Origin: an uncultured Clostridia bacterium
GTDB lineage: Bacteria > Bacillota > Clostridia > UMGS1883 > UMGS1540
Direction of reading: 5' to 3'
Assembly (NCBI GenBank): GCA_937966555.1
Contig: CALCLY010000022.1
Span: 212,729 to 276,728 of the forward strand
DNA length: 64,000 bases
Shown: positions 57,751 to 64,000 of the stretch, piece by piece
Layout of the letters: each line of letters begins with the position of its first letter
Position numbering within the stretch: the stretch's first letter is position 1
Position numbers and translations under genes: made by a program
The notes under the pieces: model-generated
What the model saw: the letters and a program-made list of their open reading frames with translations, nothing else
Told to the model about the DNA's origin: nothing
Databases searched by the model: none

Positions 57751-57796
57751 ATTAAAAAAAAAGATACAAAAACACTAACTGTATTTTTGCATCTTT
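57751..57796 (-). terminator. Strong intrinsic terminator of pyk.
   Basis: On the minus-strand RNA: a 16-bp stem (AAAGAUGCAAAAAUAC / GUGUUUUUGUAUCUUU, all paired including two G-U pairs), loop AGUUA, then U9. Confidence 0.7.
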
Positions 57797-57830
57797 AGTA
57801 ATAATAGTTTTAAGTTATACCCAAATAATG

Positions 57831-59243
57831 TCAGATTTTCTCAACTTTTATAACGTTCGTGGTACCCGACACACCGTTTGTCATACCGCCCGTCATAACA
57901 ATACTATCTCCCGGATTTAAGACAAGTGCTTCCTTTGCAACTCGTGAAGCATGATAGAAGAGAACATCGGTTGAATTAAACTTCTCACTCATAACAGGTA
58001 TCACTCCCCAAGAAAGCGCAAGTTTATACCACACACGCTTATCGGTTGTCATACCTATAATATCAATCGGTGCGCGGAATCTTGACACCATGCGAACCGT
58101 CATTCCCGAAACCGAGCTTACAACTATGGCTTTTGCCCCTATTTCTATTGCCATGCCGCAAGTTGCATGTGACAAGGCGTCAACAGTATTTCTTATTTCA
58201 AAGTCACTGTTTTTAAAACGTTTTTCGTAATGTATATGTTTTTCCGTTTCTTCAACTATTTCCGCCATGGTCTTAACAGTCTCCGCAGGGTATTTTCCGG
58301 CAGCCGATTCGCCGGAAAGCATAACAGCGCTCGTCTCGTCATATACGGCGTTTGCCACATCGGATATTTCGGCTCTTGTCGGGCGCGGATTGTGTATCAT
58401 GGACTCAAGCATCTCTGTTGCCGTTATAACCCTTTTCCCCATGAGTCTGCATTTTGTTATCAAATATTTCTGAACCGCCGGCAGCTCCGTAAAAGGAATT
58501 TCAACGCCCAAATCACCTCTGCCTATCATAATTCCGTCGCACTCGGAACCGATTTCTTCTATATTTTCTATACCGGTGCGGTTTTCTATTTTGGCAATGA
58601 TTCCGATATCTTCTCCGCCGTTTGCTTTTAAAAATGCTTTCAAATCAAGAATATCCTGTTTTCTCGAAACAAACGATGCCGCAATATAGTCAACGTTGTT
58701 TTTTATTCCGAAAAGCAAATCTTCCTTATCCTGCTCGCTCAGATAAACCTGATTCAAAACTTTTCCCGGAAAGCTCATGCTTTTTCTGTCTGACAACTCG
58801 CCGCCGACAATGGTTTTGCAATATATGCGCTTTCCTTCAATTTTCTCCGCTTTAAAAACAACAAGTCCGTTATTTACTAAAATTTCATCACCGGGTTTTA
58901 TATCGTTTACAAGACCCGGATAGCTTACAGAAACCTGAGTTTCGTCTCCCTCAACGTCATCGGTTGTGAATACAAACGGCGCTTCGTCTTCAATTTTCAC
59001 TTTTCCGTTTTTAAATGTGCGTATTCTGTACTCGGGACCTTTTGTATCAAGCATAACAGCCACCGGAAGATTAAGTTTTTCTCTGACATGTTTAATAAGA
59101 TTAAGTTTTTTAAGATGTTCTTCGTGTGAACCGTGCGAAAAATTCAGTCTTGCAACGTTCATTCCGTTTTTACACATCTGCGTCAGAACTTCTTCACTGC
59201 TGCTTGCAGGTCCTATTGTGCAAATTATTTTGGTTTTTCTCAT
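57831..59243 (-). CDS. pyk: Pyruvate kinase.
   Basis: MRKTKIICTIGPASSSEEVLTQMCKNGMNVARLNFSHGSHEEH and the rest of the PK barrel; 470 aa; AAGGAAG RBS. Confidence 0.95.
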   Translation of the reverse strand: MRKTKIICTIGPASSSEEVLTQMCKNGMNVARLNFSHGSHEEHLKKLNLIKHVREKLNLPVAVMLDTKGPEYRIRTFKNGKVKIEDEAPFVFTTDDVEGDETQVSVSYPGLVNDIKPGDEILVNNGLVVFKAEKIEGKRIYCKTIVGGELSDRKSMSFPGKVLNQVYLSEQDKEDLLFGIKNNVDYIAASFVSRKQDILDLKAFLKANGGEDIGIIAKIENRTGIENIEEIGSECDGIMIGRGDLGVEIPFTELPAVQKYLITKCRLMGKRVITATEMLESMIHNPRPTRAEISDVANAVYDETSAVMLSGESAAGKYPAETVKTMAEIVEETEKHIHYEKRFKNSDFEIRNTVDALSHATCGMAIEIGAKAIVVSSVSGMTVRMVSRFRAPIDIIGMTTDKRVWYKLALSWGVIPVMSEKFNSTDVLFYHASRVAKEALVLNPGDSIVMTGGMTNGVSGTTNVIKVEKI

Positions 59244-59279
59244 GCTTTCATCTTCCTTACCATTTTTTTCAACTCTTAT

Positions 59280-59308
59280 ATTTTACCATAAATTTCCCGA
59301 TATATCAA
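59280..59308 (-). promoter_or_regulatory. Sigma-A promoter of pyk.
   Basis: On the minus strand: TTGATA, 17-nt spacer, TGgTAAAAT (extended -10). Confidence 0.55.
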
Positions 59309-59368
59309 TAAAAAAAGTAAATCTTTGCAATTTCTTAACTTTTATTTTCTAAAAATGCATTTAAATTG

Positions 59369-59397
59369 TTGACTTTGCCGTTCAAAAAATGTATAAT
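59369..59397 (+). promoter_or_regulatory. Sigma-A promoter of alaS; short leader, no T-box.
   Basis: TTGACT, 17-nt spacer, TATAAT. Only about 40 nt separate the -10 box from the ATG, too short for a T-box leader. Confidence 0.55.
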
Positions 59398-59439
59398 ATA
59401 TTAAATGTGTACAGAAAGTTATTAAAAGGAGTTTTATAA

Positions 59440-62082
59440 ATGGAGAAATTGGGACTTAATGAAATTCGTGAAAAATTCCTCAGCTTTTTCGAAAGCAAGG
59501 GACATTTGAGGCTGCCAAGCTTTCCGCTTGTTCCGCAGAATGACGCAAGCCTTCTGCTGATAAATGCCGGCATGGCTCCCTTAAAGCCGTATTTCACCGG
59601 AAAAGAAATACCGCCGAGAAGCAGAGTTACAACATGCCAGAAGTGTATACGTACGCCCGATATAGAAAGAGTCGGCAAAACGGCGCGCCACGGCACTTTT
59701 TTTGAAATGCTCGGCAACTTCTCCTTCGGAGATTATTTTAAAAACGAAGCAACAGCCTGGGCGTGGGAGTTTATAACAAAAGTTCTGGAACTTCCCGAGG
59801 ACAAGCTCTGGGTTACAATATATGAAGATGACGATGAAGCTTTCGAAATCTGGACAAAAAAAGTTGGCATTCCGGCAGACAGAATAGTTCGCATGGGCAA
59901 AGACGACAACTTTTGGGAAATCGGTCAGGGTCCGTGCGGCCCCTGCTCCGAAATTTATTTTGACAGAGGTCCCGAGCACGGCTGCGGAAGTCCGGATTGC
60001 GCCGTAGGCTGCGAATGCGACAGATTCGTTGAATTTTGGAACCTTGTGTTCACTCAGTTTGACAAAGACGAAAACGGGAATTACAACCGCCTTGCTCACC
60101 CAAACATAGATACCGGTATGGGTCTTGAAAGAATCGCCGCAATTATGCAGGATGTTGACAATCTTTTTGAGGTTGACACAATCAGAAACATTATGAAACG
60201 CATTATTGAGTTTACAGGCGTTAAATATCACGAGAACGAAAAGACAGACGTTTCTCTCCGCGTTATCACAGACCATATAAGAAGCACAACATTTATGATT
60301 TCGGATAATATTTCCCCTTCAAACGAAGGCAGAGGATATGTTCTGCGCCGCCTCTTGAGACGTGCAGCACGCCACGGCAAGCTTTTGGGTCTTGACAAAC
60401 CGTTCCTCTACAAAATTGCCGATACGGTAATTGATGAATCAAAGGGCGCCTATCCGGAGCTTGAAGCCAAGAGAGAATACATTAAAAAAATCATTAAAAC
60501 AGAGGAAGAACGTTTTGACGAAACAATAGACACGGGACTTTCAATCCTTTCATCGTATATTGATGAACTGCGCGCCGAAAACAAAACAATTTTAGACGGC
60601 GAAAATGCATTCAAGCTTTACGACACTTACGGCTTCCCCATTGACCTTACAATCGAAATCCTCGAAGAAAACGGCATGACAGTTGACAGAGACGGATTTG
60701 ACCATGAAATGACAGAGCAGCGCGAACGTGCAAGAAATGCCCGCAGTGTCGGCGATGAAGCAGGCTGGAGCGAAGACATTTTCTCTACGCTTCCCAAAGA
60801 CAGTGTAACTGAGTTTACAGGATATGACAATCTCGAAACAACTGCACATGTTACCGCTATTGTCTGCAACGGCGAAATAGTGGATTCGGCAAACGATGGT
60901 GCGGACGCTGCAATTATAACCGACAAGACAGTATTTTACGGAGAAAGCGGCGGCGAGGTGGGAGATCACGGCACAATGTTTGCTCCCGGCTTCAGCGGTG
61001 ATGTTTTCGACTGCAAAAAGCTGCACGGAAACAAAACAATTCATTTTACCACAATAAATGAAGGCAGCATATCCGTAGGTGATGAAATAAAGCTTTCGGT
61101 AGACAAAAAAGTACGCCGTGCCGTAGCCCGCAATCACAGCGCAACACATCTTCTTCAGAAAGCGCTGCGTGAAGTTCTGGGTGAACATGTGGCTCAGGCA
61201 GGTTCTTTTGTAAATTCCGAAAGACTGCGCTTTGACTTCTCTCATTTTGAAGCAATGACTCCCGAACAGATAGTGGAAGTTGAACAGCGTGTAAACAATG
61301 CAATTTTCGAAGCAATGCCTGTTACAAAAGAATACATGTCAATGGACGATGCCAAAAAGACAGGGGCAATGGCTCTGTTCGGCGAAAAGTACGGTGACAC
61401 GGTACGCGTTGTAAAAATGGGTGACTACAGCACCGAGCTTTGCGGCGGATGCCATGTAAACAATACAAGCGAAATAGTTCTCTTTAAGATTCTTTCGGAA
61501 AGTTCTGCCGCTGCAGGCGTACGAAGAATCGAAGCAATAACGGGCGAAGCTGTTTTAAACCAGCTTAACGCTTTCGGGAAAGCTCTCTCCCACCTTGCGG
61601 ATATCATGAAGGTAAATCCCCATGAACTTGAGGAAAGAGCAAGAAACTTTATCGAAGAGATGAAGAATAACGAAAAAGCACTTGCTAAGCTTAAATCAAA
61701 AATGGCTCTCATGCAGCTTGACAATATACTTACAAATGTTAAAACTGTGGACGGCGTAAAAATTGTATGCGCTCAGATTGACGGACTTGACAACGATACG
61801 CTTCTTTCAATAAGCGACAGAATAAAAGAAAATCATCCGTGCTCGGTTTCCGTCCTAGCCAGCGTAACCGACGGCAAAATCCTCTTTGTTTCAGCTGCTA
61901 CAAAAGAAGCTGTCGCAAAAGGTGTTCACGCGGGTAAAATCATTAAAGATGTTGCAAAAATTGTCGGAGGCGGCGGTGGCGGAAAGCCTGACAGCGCACG
62001 CGCGGGCGGCAAAGATATTTCAAAAATAGACAATGCTCTTGCAATAGTTGACGAGCTTGTTGCGGAACAGATAAAAAAATAA
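59440..62082 (+). CDS. alaS: Alanine--tRNA ligase.
   Basis: 880 aa with a class II core (FFESKGHLRLPS, GNYNRLAHPNIDTGMGLER), an editing domain with HxxxH/CxxxH and a C-terminal DHHA1 GGGGG. AAAGGAG RBS. Confidence 0.95.
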   Translation: MEKLGLNEIREKFLSFFESKGHLRLPSFPLVPQNDASLLLINAGMAPLKPYFTGKEIPPRSRVTTCQKCIRTPDIERVGKTARHGTFFEMLGNFSFGDYFKNEATAWAWEFITKVLELPEDKLWVTIYEDDDEAFEIWTKKVGIPADRIVRMGKDDNFWEIGQGPCGPCSEIYFDRGPEHGCGSPDCAVGCECDRFVEFWNLVFTQFDKDENGNYNRLAHPNIDTGMGLERIAAIMQDVDNLFEVDTIRNIMKRIIEFTGVKYHENEKTDVSLRVITDHIRSTTFMISDNISPSNEGRGYVLRRLLRRAARHGKLLGLDKPFLYKIADTVIDESKGAYPELEAKREYIKKIIKTEEERFDETIDTGLSILSSYIDELRAENKTILDGENAFKLYDTYGFPIDLTIEILEENGMTVDRDGFDHEMTEQRERARNARSVGDEAGWSEDIFSTLPKDSVTEFTGYDNLETTAHVTAIVCNGEIVDSANDGADAAIITDKTVFYGESGGEVGDHGTMFAPGFSGDVFDCKKLHGNKTIHFTTINEGSISVGDEIKLSVDKKVRRAVARNHSATHLLQKALREVLGEHVAQAGSFVNSERLRFDFSHFEAMTPEQIVEVEQRVNNAIFEAMPVTKEYMSMDDAKKTGAMALFGEKYGDTVRVVKMGDYSTELCGGCHVNNTSEIVLFKILSESSAAAGVRRIEAITGEAVLNQLNAFGKALSHLADIMKVNPHELEERARNFIEEMKNNEKALAKLKSKMALMQLDNILTNVKTVDGVKIVCAQIDGLDNDTLLSISDRIKENHPCSVSVLASVTDGKILFVSAATKEAVAKGVHAGKIIKDVAKIVGGGGGGKPDSARAGGKDISKIDNALAIVDELVAEQIKK

Positions 62083-62094
62083 GGAAGTGATATC

Positions 62095-62442
62095 ATGAAC
62101 AATGATTGCCTTTTCTGCAAAATAATCAAAGGCGAAATACCCTCAAAAAAGGTTTATGAAGACGAATATGTTTATGCGTTTTACGATATTCAGCCTCAGG
62201 CTCCCGTTCATTTTCTCGTAATTCCCAAGAAGCATATTTCGTCGGCAAACGAAATTGATGAAAATAATTCAATTTATGTTTCGAAATCCTTCGAAGCAAT
62301 CCGAAAAATTGCCGCGGAGCTCGGAATTGACAAGGACGGCTACCGCGTTGTAAACAATTGCGGCAAAAACGGCTTGCAAACCGTTCCGCATCTGCATTTT
62401 CATGTCCTTGGCGGAAGAAGCCTTCAGTGGCCTCCGGGATAA
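62095..62442 (+). CDS. HIT-family (histidine triad) nucleotide hydrolase.
   Basis: CLFCKII...HFLVIPKKHI...HLHFHVLGG, with the HxHxHxx motif. Confidence 0.85.
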   Translation: MNNDCLFCKIIKGEIPSKKVYEDEYVYAFYDIQPQAPVHFLVIPKKHISSANEIDENNSIYVSKSFEAIRKIAAELGIDKDGYRVVNNCGKNGLQTVPHLHFHVLGGRSLQWPPG

Positions 62443-62451
62443 GTAAGAATA

Positions 62452-62495
62452 ATAATAATAAAGCTGTGACGTTTTTCCGTCACAGCTTTATTTTA
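62452..62495. terminator. Bidirectional intrinsic terminator between the HIT gene and the convergent kinase gene.
   Basis: Perfect 12-bp stem AAAGCTGTGACG / CGTCACAGCTTT with loop TTTTTC, and T/A-rich runs on both sides. The kinase gene stop codon lies inside the stem. Confidence 0.6.
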
Positions 62496-63034
62496 CACTT
62501 TTCTTTTATTTTACACTCTTCAAAATACATATTTTCAAGCGGAATCCATTTAGTAAAAAACATATCGGCATTTTTAGGATTTCTTTTCAAAATACGTTCT
62601 TTCTGCTCAAGCGGAGATATATCGAGAAAAACGGACAAATCATAAAAGCCGCGCAAGGCTTCATGCATACTGTACGAGCCTTCGACTATATTAAGTCTTT
62701 TTGGCTTAACAAGCACCGGCTTTAAAAGCGTCATGGTTTTACAACAGAACGGTCTGTAAGAAAACGGCTTATTATCACAAATCTTTGACAAAACCTCATC
62801 ATAAAACCTCTCGTAATCCACATTTCCGCCGGGTACTGACAGTCTTTCTTTCGTTCTCTGCTCGGGCCGCAAGAAAAAATCATCCATATGAAAAACATTT
62901 GCGTCAAAAATATCGGAAAGTTTTTTGGCAAGCGTGGTTTTCCCGGAAGCACACGGACCGTCAATTGCCACTATGATTTTTTCCTTATTTTTAAGTATAT
63001 CATTTATTGCTTTTTGAACACGTTCCATTTTCAT
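62480..63034 (-). CDS. Small P-loop nucleoside/nucleotide kinase-like protein (uridine-kinase/AAA-like fold).
   Basis: Walker A IVAIDGPCASGKTTLAKKL; 184 aa. The C-terminus is encoded by a direct repeat and the terminator stem. Confidence 0.55.
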   Translation of the reverse strand: MKMERVQKAINDILKNKEKIIVAIDGPCASGKTTLAKKLSDIFDANVFHMDDFFLRPEQRTKERLSVPGGNVDYERFYDEVLSKICDNKPFSYRPFCCKTMTLLKPVLVKPKRLNIVEGSYSMHEALRGFYDLSVFLDISPLEQKERILKRNPKNADMFFTKWIPLENMYFEECKIKEKCKIKL

Positions 63035-63572
63035 CGCTTCTCTTTTTTGTATACATAATAAATTTTGTTTTTCCGAGTGCGGTCATAATTCCCGGAATCA
63101 TAACAAATTGAAGAATGATACCGGGAATCGCCGTTAAAAATGCGCCGGACACAAACGTCTCCCACGTAAATGCGCCGTGCAGCAGAATAAACATTGCCGT
63201 TCCCCACACGATTCTTCCAGATACCGCAGCAATGCAAAGCGCACGAAGCAGCGAACGCATGCATTTCCATTTGGAGCGCCCGTACAAAAGCCCCGACACG
63301 AAGCCGTATGCGGCAAGTTCAAATGCCATCGCCACAGCCTGCGGAAACATTGGAGGCATTGAAAATAATGCCGATCTCATAAGCGGCAATATAAAACCCG
63401 CAAAAAGCCCGTACTGCCATCCGCATATAAGTCCGCACAGGAAAACCGGGAGATGCATTGGCAAAAGCATATTCCCAACTTTTTGAATTTGCCCTGTGAA
63501 AAAAGGCAGCACAAAACCTATAGCAATAAACATTGCCGTAAGGAAAACTTTTCTGAGAGAATCTTTCTTCAC
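63000..63572 (-). CDS. Small polytopic membrane protein, probably the substrate-specific (S) component of an ECF-type vitamin or nucleoside transporter.
   Basis: Five to six hydrophobic helices. The start is probably GTG 63572 (KKDSLRKVFLTAMFIAIGFVL, AGGGGAAG RBS); the track begins at TTG 63605. The 3' end overlaps the kinase gene by 35 bp. Confidence 0.5.
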   Translation of the reverse strand: MKKDSLRKVFLTAMFIAIGFVLPFFTGQIQKVGNMLLPMHLPVFLCGLICGWQYGLFAGFILPLMRSALFSMPPMFPQAVAMAFELAAYGFVSGLLYGRSKWKCMRSLLRALCIAAVSGRIVWGTAMFILLHGAFTWETFVSGAFLTAIPGIILQFVMIPGIMTALGKTKFIMYTKKRSDENGTCSKSNK

Positions 63573-63585
63573 AAAAACACTTCCC

Positions 63586-64000
63586 CTATCTGAAATTTTT
63601 TTCAAAGCATTTCTTCCATGCCTCGGCTATAAGCATATGTCCCGCCGCCATCGGATGCACCCCGTCAAACGTCCAGTATGAAGGGTCATCATAAAGCTTT
63701 AGAGCATCGTCAAATACCTTCTGAAGCGCTATGTACGGCAAACCGTATTTTTCGGCAATTCCGATTGCCTCCTCCTCGCGCAACTTGACTTCTCTCCTGA
63801 ATTCGTCAAAATGGTCTTTTGTGGCTTCGGCACAAAGCACAAAGGGCGTCAGAATCATAATCTTGATATCGGGCAAAGCCGCTTTAATCTCGGAAATGAG
63901 CAAATCGTATACCATGCCGAATTTTTTTGCGTCCACCCCGTTTTTGGTGTCGATTTCATGCCATACATCGTTTACGCCTATAAGTATGCTCATCACATCG
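63586..64000 (-). CDS. SGNH/GDSL-family hydrolase, N-terminally truncated by the window edge.
   Basis: Block II ILIGVNDV and catalytic DGVHPMAAGHMLIAEAW (DxxH) are present. The GDS(L) block I must lie beyond position 64000. Confidence 0.7.
   Translation of the reverse strand, partial: DVMSILIGVNDVWHEIDTKNGVDAKKFGMVYDLLISEIKAALPDIKIMILTPFVLCAEATKDHFDEFRREVKLREEEAIGIAEKYGLPYIALQKVFDDALKLYDDPSYWTFDGVHPMAAGHMLIAEAWKKCFEKNFR

Noticed and set aside
59244-59439. Search for a T-box riboswitch in the alaS leader and for tRNA genes in AT-rich intergenic regions (also 21512..21671, 23432..23764, 57565..57830).
   Set aside because: The alaS leader is only about 40 nt from the -10 box to the ATG. No intergenic region shows the GC-rich cloverleaf stems expected of a tRNA or the specifier/antiterminator architecture of a T-box.

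Overview
This 64-kb window has the composition and gene content of a spore-forming Clostridia-type Firmicute chromosome. It carries spoVT, the smc-ftsY pair, rnhB-yraN, SLH-domain surface proteins and AAGGAGG-type ribosome-binding sites. No rRNA, tRNA, CRISPR or mobile element was found.

The housekeeping genes are rnhB, yraN, malQ, gdhA, spoVT, ftsY, smc, pyk, alaS, a HIT protein and a UPF0182 membrane protein.

Two minus-strand glycan-degradation clusters dominate the accessory content:
- Cluster A (about 1-8290) runs from a sigma-A promoter through a CapA-like metallophosphatase, a LacI regulator, a GH3 hexosaminidase/glucosidase, a secreted protein with copper-amine-oxidase N-terminal repeats and an SLH-like secreted protein.
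- Cluster B (about 35246-57671, roughly 22 kb) has one weak candidate promoter and encodes two tandem heparinase II/III-like polysaccharide lyases, three paralogous secreted proteins carrying LamG/ConA-like jelly-roll domains (one anchored by three SLH domains), an SLH-type paralog, a cytoplasmic FG-GAP beta-propeller protein, a GH20 beta-hexosaminidase, a NanA/DapA-family aldolase and a YhcH-family protein. It contains no transporter gene. This is the most interesting element: a candidate cell-wall-anchored, PUL-like apparatus for a host or complex glycan.

Three smaller gene sets sit between these:
- An AraC-controlled pair of an AGE-family epimerase and a TIM-barrel protein.
- A secreted papain-like (C1) peptidase.
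- An isolated DUF11-repeat protein.

Two gene remnants are present:
- A 5'-truncated PHP-domain paralog.
- An AraC-type HTH-only fragment whose only upstream start lies inside a terminator hairpin.

Several sigma-A promoters, intrinsic terminators and palindromic operator candidates could be read directly from the sequence. One is a 20-bp motif, TTTCGAACGC|GCGTTCGAAA, shared upstream of two glycosidase genes.

The ORF track uses GTG and TTG as starts. Several genes were trimmed to downstream ATG starts with better RBS support, and two genes appear to use TTG or GTG genuinely.
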